A program made the position numbers and the translations under genes. Positions 39,945 through 49,326 of a stretch of 64,000 bases of DNA are shown piece by piece. The stretch lies in assembly GCA_035503515.1 (NCBI GenBank), contig DATJTJ010000130.1:25547-89546 (forward strand). Reading direction: 5' to 3'. The notes beneath the pieces were generated by a model. The model did not search any database and was not told the origin of the DNA. It worked only from the letters and a program-made list of their open reading frames with translations. How positions within the stretch are numbered: the stretch's first letter is position 1; every line of letters starts with the position of its first letter. The DNA comes from Steroidobacteraceae bacterium. GTDB lineage: Bacteria; Pseudomonadota; Gammaproteobacteria; Steroidobacterales; Steroidobacteraceae.

Positions 39945-42206
39945 ATGTTCGAATGGCTGTTCAAGTACCCGCCGGCCGTGTTCCTGCATGGACAGCTGCT
40001 GCTGCGCAGTGCCTGGCCGCGCTGGCTGCTGGTGCTCGGGGTGGTGCTGGTCGGCGTGCTGCTGGCGGGTCTGATGCGCGGCCGGCGCGCCGCGGATACC
40101 CGATCGGCCCACCGCTGGCGACTGCCGCTGATCTGGCTGCTGCAATGGGCGCTCGCGGCCGCCGTCATGGTGCTGCTGTGGCGGCCCGCGGTCGCCATCA
40201 ACGAACTGGTCCCGCAGGCCAACATCATCGCCGTGCTGGTCGATGACTCGCGCAGCATGGGTATCGCCGACAACGGCAGCACGCGGCTGCAGCAGGCGAC
40301 GCAGGCCCTGCGGGGTGACTGGCTGAATACCCTCGGGCGCAATTTCCAGACCCGCCTCTACCGGTTCGACTCGAGCCTGGTGCGATTGAGCGGTCCTGCC
40401 GCGACACTGACCGCCACCGGACCCGCGACCCACATCGGCGCCGTGCTCGACCAGTTCGCGAGCGACACCGCAAGCGTGCCGGTCGGCGCCATCGTGCTGC
40501 TGTCCGACGGTGGTGACAACGGTGGCCGGATCGATCGCAGCACCATCGAGGCCCTGCGGCAGCGGCACATCGCCGTGCACACCGTGGGTTTCGGCGCGAC
40601 GCGCGTGCCGCGAGACATCGAGCTGCAGAACGTGGCGCTGACGGCGCGCGCGCTGGCGCATTCGCGGGTCACGGCGATGGTGGAGGTGTCGCAGTCGGGC
40701 TTTGCCGCACGACACGTCAATGTCACGGTCCGGGACGCCGCCCGACTGCTCGCGACCCGCGACCTGGTGCTGGGCGCCGATGGTGCGACGGCGAGCGCCG
40801 AGCTGACTTTCGATCTTCCCGACGCCGGCCCGAGGATCCTGCGCTTCGCGGTGTCGGCGCTGGCGGGCGAAACCAATACCCGCAACAACGAGCTCACGCG
40901 CCTGGTGAACGTCGAATCCGGCCCACGGCGGATCCTGTACGTGGAGGGTGAGCCGCGCTGGGAGTACAAGTTCATCCGTCGCGCCGAGGACGATGACAAG
41001 GCGGTGCAGCTGGTGTCGATGCTGCGCACGACGGAGAACAAGATCTACCGGCAGGGGGTGAAGGACGGCCTGGAACTGGCCGACGGCTTCCCCACCCGGC
41101 CCGAAGACCTGTTCGGTTACGACGGCATCATCATGGGCTCGGTGGATGCCGGCTACTTCAATGCCGCGCAGCAGGCGCTGATGCGCGAGTTCGTCGACCG
41201 TCGCGGCGGGGGACTGCTGTTCCTGGGCGGCCGTCAGGCGCTCGCCGACGGGGTCTGGGGCGGATCGCAGCTGAACGAGCTGCTGCCGGTGACGCTGCCC
41301 ATGATCGGCAGCACCTTTCGCCGGGAGAACGCCAGCGTCAGTCTGACCGCCGCCGGCGCCGACAGTCCGGTGACGCGCCTGCTGGATGACCGCACGGCCA
41401 ATATGGCGCTGTGGAACAGGCTGCCGCAACTGGCCGACTTCCAGAATCCCGGCGTCGCGAAGCCGGGGGCCGTCGAACTTGCGCAGATGCACGTCGCGGG
41501 CCGCAGCATGCCGTTGCTGGTCACCGAGAATTACGGCCGCGGGCGCACGGCCGTGCTGGCGACCGGCGGCACCTGGCGCTGGCAGATGAGCCTGCCGCTC
41601 GGCGACCCGACCCACTCGGTGTTCTGGCACCAGCTGCTGCACTGGCTGGTGTCCGATACCCGCGGTCAGCTCAGCGCGCAGGTGTCGGCGAGCACGTTGC
41701 AGGATGACGGTCACGTGCAGTTGCTCGCCGATGTGCGCGACCGCAGTTACCTGCCGGCGACTGACGCCGTCGTGAACGCGCATCTGATCGGACCCGATCG
41801 CCTGCAGGCGGACGTCGCGCTGCGTCCGGTCCCCGGCCAGCCGGGCCGGTACCAGACCGACTGGACGGCGCCGGCCGTGGGGATGTACGTGGCGGACCTC
41901 ACCGCCACTCAGGGGTCTCTCGGCGCCGGCCATGACACCGTCGCGTTCCAGCGCGAGGACGGCGTCGCCGAGAATTTCCACACCGCCCAGAACGTCGATC
42001 TGCTGAAGTCCCTCGCCGCCGACACCGGCGGCCGGTATTGGCAGGTGGACGACCTGGCGGCGCTGGCGCGCGCCATCCCGTTCTCCAATGCCGGCGTCTC
42101 GGTGCAGAAATTCCAGGACCTGTGGAACATGCCGGCGGTGTTCCTGCTGCTGATGCTGTTGCCCCTGTGCGAGTGGCTGCTGCGACGGCGCTGGGGTGTG
42201 GTATGA
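39945..42206 (+). CDS. Membrane protein with N-terminal TM helices, a vWA domain and a class-I-glutamine-amidotransferase-like domain
   Basis: Start MFEWLFKYPP, residue 59 of track ORF 39771..42206. MIDAS-type VLVDDSRSMG. RILYVEGEPRWEYKFIRRA and GGGLLFLGG resemble ThuA/DUF1355-type domains (from memory). Confidence 0.7.
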   Translation: MFEWLFKYPPAVFLHGQLLLRSAWPRWLLVLGVVLVGVLLAGLMRGRRAADTRSAHRWRLPLIWLLQWALAAAVMVLLWRPAVAINELVPQANIIAVLVDDSRSMGIADNGSTRLQQATQALRGDWLNTLGRNFQTRLYRFDSSLVRLSGPAATLTATGPATHIGAVLDQFASDTASVPVGAIVLLSDGGDNGGRIDRSTIEALRQRHIAVHTVGFGATRVPRDIELQNVALTARALAHSRVTAMVEVSQSGFAARHVNVTVRDAARLLATRDLVLGADGATASAELTFDLPDAGPRILRFAVSALAGETNTRNNELTRLVNVESGPRRILYVEGEPRWEYKFIRRAEDDDKAVQLVSMLRTTENKIYRQGVKDGLELADGFPTRPEDLFGYDGIIMGSVDAGYFNAAQQALMREFVDRRGGGLLFLGGRQALADGVWGGSQLNELLPVTLPMIGSTFRRENASVSLTAAGADSPVTRLLDDRTANMALWNRLPQLADFQNPGVAKPGAVELAQMHVAGRSMPLLVTENYGRGRTAVLATGGTWRWQMSLPLGDPTHSVFWHQLLHWLVSDTRGQLSAQVSASTLQDDGHVQLLADVRDRSYLPATDAVVNAHLIGPDRLQADVALRPVPGQPGRYQTDWTAPAVGMYVADLTATQGSLGAGHDTVAFQREDGVAENFHTAQNVDLLKSLAADTGGRYWQVDDLAALARAIPFSNAGVSVQKFQDLWNMPAVFLLLMLLPLCEWLLRRRWGVV

Positions 42207-43141
42207 AAAGGCTCATCGGCATGGCGCTGTGCGCGCTCTGCGCCGGTGGCCCGCTGGCGCGCGCGGACAGCTACTTCGTGAACGTGGCGGGGTTGGGGGG
42301 CGAAGCGGACTACGAGCAACGCTTCGAGGCGCTGGCGGCGGACCTGGACCGCATCGCCAGGCAGACCGGACCCGGCGCACATGTGACGACACTGTCCGGT
42401 GCCCAGGCGACCCGCGGGCATCTGCAGCAGGTTCTGCGCGATATCGCCGATCAGGCGCACCCCGATGACGTGCTGGTCATCACCCTCGTCGGTCATGGCA
42501 GCTTCGATGGCACGCAGTACAAGTTCAACCTTCCGGGTCCCGACCTGTCCGCGGAACAGCTGGCCAGCTGGTGCGAGCGCATTCCGGCAAGCCGGCAGCT
42601 GATCGTCAACACCACCAGCGCCAGCGGCGGCTCGGTGAAGGCGCTGCAGCGCCACGACCGGGTGGTGGTGGCGGCCACCAAGACGGGCACCGAAAAGAAT
42701 GCCACGGTATTCGCGCGGTACTGGGTGGAGGCACTGCAGGATCCCGGTGCCGATACCGACAAGAACCAGGTCATCACGGCGCTGGAGGCCTTCTCCTACG
42801 CCGCCCGCAAGACCGCGGCGTTCTATGAAACGGAAAAGCGCCTCGCGACCGAGCACGCCGTATTCGAAGAGGGCGGACGCTCCGAACCGGTGCGCACGGC
42901 GAGTGCCGACGGCGATGCCGGGCGGATGCTGGCATCCTTTGCGCTGGTGCGGCTGGGCGGCACCGCCACCACGAGTTCGGATCCGGCCAAGCTGGCACTG
43001 CTCAAGCAGAAGGAACAGCTGGAACAGAAAATCGATCTGCTCAAGTACCAGCGGGCGGCGATGTCGCCGGAGGATTACCGCTCGCAGCTGACCCAGGCCC
43101 TGGTGGCGCTGGCCAAAGTGCAGCAGGAGCTGGACAAGTGA
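42203..43141 (+). CDS. Exported clan-CD (caspase/legumain-like) fold protein lacking the catalytic Cys, with a C-terminal coiled coil
   Basis: ATGA overlap with the upstream gene. Signal peptide MKRLIGMALCALCAGGPLARA. VLVITLVGHGS supplies the His strand. The expected Cys strand reads QLIVNTTSASGGS. The tail is KQKEQLEQKIDLLKYQ. Confidence 0.55.
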   Translation: MKRLIGMALCALCAGGPLARADSYFVNVAGLGGEADYEQRFEALAADLDRIARQTGPGAHVTTLSGAQATRGHLQQVLRDIADQAHPDDVLVITLVGHGSFDGTQYKFNLPGPDLSAEQLASWCERIPASRQLIVNTTSASGGSVKALQRHDRVVVAATKTGTEKNATVFARYWVEALQDPGADTDKNQVITALEAFSYAARKTAAFYETEKRLATEHAVFEEGGRSEPVRTASADGDAGRMLASFALVRLGGTATTSSDPAKLALLKQKEQLEQKIDLLKYQRAAMSPEDYRSQLTQALVALAKVQQELDK

Positions 43142-45366
43142 CGAAGGTGCAGCGGATGGTGCGGCGGGCCGCGGTGCTCTGCGGCTTAAGTCTCGTCGTG
43201 CCGATGGTGGCGCCGTCACAGGCAGCGGCACCGCCGGCCGAAGTACGGCAATGCCTGCAGGAACGGCTGCACGGCCAGGAGACGATGGCGCAGAAGTGCT
43301 TCATGGCTCTGACGCGCGCGAATGCGCCGTACCTGCGCGCCGAGGGCGACTGGGGACTCGACCGGTACGATGCCGCCAATGCCGAGTTCCGCGCGGCCGT
43401 GGCGCAGGCGGACGCCAATGCGCTGTACCGCACACGCTGGGGCGAGCTGCTGCACGAGCGCTTCAACAGCGTCGATGCCGCCGGGCTGTTCAGGGAAGCC
43501 CTGCAGCGCGATCCGCGCGACGCACAGGCGCTGCTCGGCCTGGCTCGGGTCAGCGCCGATGGGTTCGACGACAAGGCCGTGAGCTGGGCACAGCAGGCGC
43601 TGGCCGTGGATCCGAAGCTCGCGCCCGCCCACGAGCTGCTGGCGGAGCTGGCACTGCAGGATGACCAGCCCGAGATCGCCGGCAAGGAGGCCGATACGGC
43701 GCTGGCGCTCGATCCGGAGGCACTGGATGCGATGGCGCTGCACGCGGTCATCGAGATCCTGGCGGATCGTTCCGGGGATGCCTGGTGGGCCAGGATCCGG
43801 GGCATCAATGCCGCCTATGGTCGCGGCTATGCCATTGCCGCCGAGCATCTGATCTTCAACCGGCGCTACCAGGACGGCGTCGCCCTGTACCGCAAGGCGC
43901 TGGAACTGTCTCCGCACCTGTGGTCGGCGCGCTCGGAACTGGGCATCAACCTGATGCGGCTGGGCCAGGATGAGGAGGCCCGGCAGCAGCTGATGCAGTG
44001 CTACGACAACGGCTACCGCAACGACGCGACGGTCAACAGCCTGCGGCTGCTGGATACACTCAGGGATTTCGCCACCTTCACCGACTCGACCACCATCCTG
44101 AAGCTGCACCGCAAGGAGGCGCAGCTGCTGTACCCGTACTTCCACGACGTGCTGACCCAGGCCATCACGGCCTACCAGACCAAGTACCACATGCAGCTCG
44201 ACGGCCCGGTGCAGGTGGAGGTCTATCCCGATCACGAGGATTTCGCGGTGCGCACCCTCGGGATGCCGGGCCTCGGGGCGCTGGGCGTGACCTTCGGGCA
44301 GGTGGTGGCCATGGACAGCCCCTCCGGCCGCAAGCCCGGGGAGTTCCACTGGGCGAGCACGCTGCGGCACGAACTGAGCCACGTGTTCATCCTCAAGGCG
44401 ACGCGCCACCGCGTGCCGCGCTGGTTCACGGAAGGACTGGCCGTACACGAGGAAACCGCGGCCTCGCCCGAGTGGGGCGATCCGATCACGCCGGATATCA
44501 TCGTCGCGCTGCGCGACCACAAGCTGCTGCCGGTCGCGGAGCTGGATCGGGGATTCATCCATCCGCAGTACGACACCCAGGTCCTGGTGTCCTACTTCGA
44601 GGCCGGCCGCATCTGCGACTACATCCAATCCCGCTGGGGCGCCGCGAAGCTCCTGGAGCTGGTGCGGCAGTTCGCGATCCCACGCAGTACCCCGGAGGCC
44701 ATCAGGACCGCCCTGGGCATGGAACCGGCGGCCTTCGATGCGCAGTTCCAGGCATGGCTCTACCAGGACACCGCCTCGCTGGTGAGCGGTTTCGATGCCT
44801 GGCACAAGCAGCTCGCGGCGCTGGTCAGCGCCATGCGGGCCCGCCGCTACGATGAAGTGCTGAACCAGGGCGAGTCGGTGATCGCGCTCTATCCGGACTA
44901 CGTGTTCGACGCGAACGCCTACCAGATGCTGGCCGAGGCGGCGCTCGCCGAAGGCCGGAACGCGATTGCCATCAGTGCCCTCAGGCGCTACGTCGAGCAT
45001 CGCGGGCGCGAACCCGCATCGCTCGAAGAGCTCGCGAAGCTGCAGAGCCAGGCCGGGGACCGGGCGGCGGCGATCGCCACGCTCGAGCAGATAAATTTCA
45101 TCGACCCGGTTTTCGACACCCAATCGCACCGCCAGTTGGGCGATCTGCTGATGGAGGCGAAGGATTTCGCGGCGGCGCGCCGCGAGTTCAACGCCGTGCT
45201 GGCGATGCAGCCCCTGGACAAGGCGCAGTCCAGTTACGATCTGGCGCGGGCCTGTCATGCCATGGGTGATGCCGATTGTGCGATGAACGCGGTGCTGGCG
45301 GCGCTGGAAGTCGCGCCCGACTTCAAGCCCGCGCAGAAACTGTTGCTGGAACTGACCGGTCAATAA
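43138..45366 (+). CDS. Exported TPR-repeat protein with an embedded HExxH (peptidase MA-like) module
   Basis: GTGA overlap with the upstream gene. Signal peptide present. TPR-like repeats flank LRHELSHVFILKATRHRVPRWFTEGLAVHEE (HExxH at 44368-44382, plus a downstream Glu). Confidence 0.7.
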   Translation: MTKVQRMVRRAAVLCGLSLVVPMVAPSQAAAPPAEVRQCLQERLHGQETMAQKCFMALTRANAPYLRAEGDWGLDRYDAANAEFRAAVAQADANALYRTRWGELLHERFNSVDAAGLFREALQRDPRDAQALLGLARVSADGFDDKAVSWAQQALAVDPKLAPAHELLAELALQDDQPEIAGKEADTALALDPEALDAMALHAVIEILADRSGDAWWARIRGINAAYGRGYAIAAEHLIFNRRYQDGVALYRKALELSPHLWSARSELGINLMRLGQDEEARQQLMQCYDNGYRNDATVNSLRLLDTLRDFATFTDSTTILKLHRKEAQLLYPYFHDVLTQAITAYQTKYHMQLDGPVQVEVYPDHEDFAVRTLGMPGLGALGVTFGQVVAMDSPSGRKPGEFHWASTLRHELSHVFILKATRHRVPRWFTEGLAVHEETAASPEWGDPITPDIIVALRDHKLLPVAELDRGFIHPQYDTQVLVSYFEAGRICDYIQSRWGAAKLLELVRQFAIPRSTPEAIRTALGMEPAAFDAQFQAWLYQDTASLVSGFDAWHKQLAALVSAMRARRYDEVLNQGESVIALYPDYVFDANAYQMLAEAALAEGRNAIAISALRRYVEHRGREPASLEELAKLQSQAGDRAAAIATLEQINFIDPVFDTQSHRQLGDLLMEAKDFAAARREFNAVLAMQPLDKAQSSYDLARACHAMGDADCAMNAVLAALEVAPDFKPAQKLLLELTGQ

Positions 45367-45383
45367 ACTGCGAAGAGGACACG

Positions 45384-46399
<1,016 letters not shown>

Positions 46400-46403
<4 letters not shown>

Positions 46404-47299
46404 GCTCCGCCGTGCAGAACCTGCTGGACCCGGTGGTGCTCAATGCGATATCCGGCCTGGACCTGGTCGCGGCGACCGTGGTCGACGGGTTCGTCGCCGG
46501 GCTGCACCGCTCCGCGGACTTCGGCTTCAGCCAGGAATTCGCCGAATACCGGGCCTATGCGCCGGGAGATGACCTGCGGCACGTCGACTGGAACGTCTAC
46601 GCACGCTCGGACCGCGCCTACATCAAGCGCTTCCATGGCGAGACCAACAGCCAGCTGATGCTGCTGGTGGATGCCAGCAGTTCCATGGGCTTCACCTCGC
46701 ACGCCGTCTCCAAGCTCGCGTACGTGCGCTTCATGGCCGCCGCGCTCGCGTATCTTGCCACCCGGCGGCAGCGCGACGCGACGGGGCTGGTGGTCTTCGG
46801 TAACACAGTGCGCGATTTCGTGGCCCCGGCCACGCGCCAGGGACACCTGCAGCGGGTGCTGGCGGCACTGGTGGCCGCGCAGCCCGGGGAAAGCACCTCC
46901 TATGCCGCACCGCTGCTGCACCTGCAGTCGTTCCTGCGCCGGCGCGGCATGGTCGTGGTGCTGTCGGACTTCTATGCGCCGCCGGCCGACATCGTGCGCG
47001 CCGTGGCGCCGCTGCGGATCCACGGCAATGAAGTGGTCCTGTTCCAGGTACTGGACCCGGAGGAACTGCGACCCCGGGTCGATGGTTCCTCGATGCTGAT
47101 CGACTCGGAGACGGGCGCGTCGCTGGAAGTCTCCCAGGACTACGTGCAGGGACGGTACCGCGAGCGTATCGATGCCCACGTCGCCGGCCTGGGCCGGGAA
47201 GCGCGCCGGGCCGGTATCGGTTATCAGCTGCTGCAGACCGACCAGCCTCTGGACCAGGCGCTGATGCAGTACCTGCTGCTGCGCACGGGACGCGACTGA
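46400..47299 (+). CDS. DUF58 protein (vWA-like partner of MoxR)
   Basis: EYRAYAPGDDLRHVDWNVYARSDRAYIKRF and LLVDASSSMGF. TTG start overlaps the MoxR stop (an alternative GTG lies at 46412). Confidence 0.85.
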
Positions 47300-49326
47300 T
47301 GGGCTGGCTGGCGCCGGGATTTCTGCTGGGTGCGGTCACGATCGCGGTGCCGGTGTGGCTGCACCTGCTCAAGCGCAGCGCCAGCCAGCCGCGGCAGTTC
47401 AGCTCGCTGATGCTGTTCGAACCGCAGCGACGCAGCACGACGCGACGGCGGCGCATCGATCACTGGTTGCTGCTGCTGCTGCGGGTCGCCGTCCTGCTGC
47501 TGATCGCAGCCGCGTTCGCCGAGCCGTTCGTGCGCGGACACCTGCCGGGCGTGGCACCGGAGAAGCTGCTGGTACTGGCGGTGGATGACTCCTTCAGTAT
47601 GCGGGCGGGTACCCGGATGGAGGACGCGCGCCGGGCCGCGCTCGCGGTACTGGCGGCCAAGCCACGCGACACCCGGGCCCAGGTCGTGGCGCTGGGTTCG
47701 CGCGCCGATGTGCTCACCGAGCAGGTGCAGGACGGGGCGGTGCTCGCCGGCGCCCTACAGCGCATTACGGCGACCGACGCGCGAGGCAGCCTCGTGCTGC
47801 TGGCGGGACTTGCTCGTACGCTCGCCGCGGGCACCCACATGCCGATCGAGCTGCATCTGTTCAGTGACATGCAGGCCAGCGGTTTGCCCGCGGATTTCGA
47901 TGAGTTGCGCATGCCGCCAGGCGTCACGCTGGTGCTGCACAGGGTGGGTGCGGCGGCGACACCGAACTGGACCGTGGAATCGGTCGCGGTTCCGGCGCAG
48001 GTCTGGGATCCGGCCAAGATGCGCATCATCGCCACCATCGCCGGCTTCGGTACGCCCGCGGCGACGCGCACCGTCACGGTGCTGATCAACGATCAGCCGG
48101 TGAGCCATCAGAGCGTCAGGGTTCCCGCTTCGGGACGTGCCTCCGTGGTCTTCGCGGGCCTCCAGATTCCCTACGGCATGGTCCGCGGCAGCGTGCGGAT
48201 CGACAGCGCCGATGGACTCGGCGGCGACGACCACTACGACTTCGTGATCCAGCGCAGCGAGCGCGTCCACGGGCTGTTCGTGCACCAGGGGTCCGATGCG
48301 GCGACCGGCCTGTACTTCCGTGCGGCGCTGGCAGCGGCGGCCGATGCGGCCGTGGCGCTCGATGAGATCACCGCCGATCAGCTACGCAACCGCGATCTCG
48401 CCGCCGACACCTTCATCGTGCTGTCCGATGTCGCGGGCCTTGCGCCGGCTGCGGAAGCACGCCTCACCGACTGGGTGAAGGCGGGCGGCCGCCTGTTCAT
48501 CAGCGCCGGGACCACGGCGGCCCAGCAGCGGCGGATCCCGGTCTTCGACGCTCGCATCCTCGGCGCCCATGACTACACGCGGGATGCCGGCCGCTTCACG
48601 GCCGTGGCTGCCGTGGATGAGGCGTATGCGCCGGCTGGACCCCTGTCCGGTTGGCAGGGCGTCAAGATCTTCTACGTCACGCGGGTGGACCCCGGGCAGG
48701 CGCAGACGGCTCTGCGCCTCGCCGATCAGACCCCGCTGCTGCTCGAGAAACGGCTCGGCAAGGGCCGGGTGCTGTTGTTCGCGACCGGCTTCGATCGGTT
48801 GACGAGCGATCTGCCCCTGCATCCGCAGTTCGTGGCGTTCATCGACCGGCTGGCCAGCTACCTGAGCGGCCGGGGCGCACGCAACAGCGCCCTGACCGTC
48901 GGGGACAGCGTGGACCTGCGGCCCGACCCTGCGGTACGCGGCAGCGCCGACGTCCTCGCACCCGATGGCACGCACCCGCTGGATCTGGGCCAGGCGCAGA
49001 CTGTGCGCACCTGGCCGTTGCCCGCGGCCGGTTTCTATACGCTCACGCTGGCCGACTCCCGCCATGAGCTGGTGGCCGCCAATGTCTCGCGCCTGGAGTC
49101 CGACCTGACGCCGGCCAGCGACGACAAGCTCAAGCTCTGGCAGGCGGCCAGCCAGGCCCCGGCCGCCGCCGGCGCGGCCGCGGCGTCGGCGTCGGCGACG
49201 CCCGGAACCGACGCGGAATCGATCCACGACCTCTGGTGGTACGCTATGTGCCTGCTGCTTGTGGCAGTGGTCGCCGAGTCCGTGGTGGCCAGCCGGTACC
49301 TCAACACGCTGCGGGATTCCACATGA
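47299..49326 (+). CDS. BatA-type N-terminal double-TM domain plus vWA domain membrane protein
   Basis: MGWLAPGFLLGAVTIAVPVWLHLLKR...RRIDHWLLLLLRVAVLLLI, MIDAS LAVDDSFSM, and a C-terminal TM helix. TGATG junction with the DUF58 gene. Confidence 0.8.
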   Translation: MGWLAPGFLLGAVTIAVPVWLHLLKRSASQPRQFSSLMLFEPQRRSTTRRRRIDHWLLLLLRVAVLLLIAAAFAEPFVRGHLPGVAPEKLLVLAVDDSFSMRAGTRMEDARRAALAVLAAKPRDTRAQVVALGSRADVLTEQVQDGAVLAGALQRITATDARGSLVLLAGLARTLAAGTHMPIELHLFSDMQASGLPADFDELRMPPGVTLVLHRVGAAATPNWTVESVAVPAQVWDPAKMRIIATIAGFGTPAATRTVTVLINDQPVSHQSVRVPASGRASVVFAGLQIPYGMVRGSVRIDSADGLGGDDHYDFVIQRSERVHGLFVHQGSDAATGLYFRAALAAAADAAVALDEITADQLRNRDLAADTFIVLSDVAGLAPAAEARLTDWVKAGGRLFISAGTTAAQQRRIPVFDARILGAHDYTRDAGRFTAVAAVDEAYAPAGPLSGWQGVKIFYVTRVDPGQAQTALRLADQTPLLLEKRLGKGRVLLFATGFDRLTSDLPLHPQFVAFIDRLASYLSGRGARNSALTVGDSVDLRPDPAVRGSADVLAPDGTHPLDLGQAQTVRTWPLPAAGFYTLTLADSRHELVAANVSRLESDLTPASDDKLKLWQAASQAPAAAGAAAASASATPGTDAESIHDLWWYAMCLLLVAVVAESVVASRYLNTLRDST

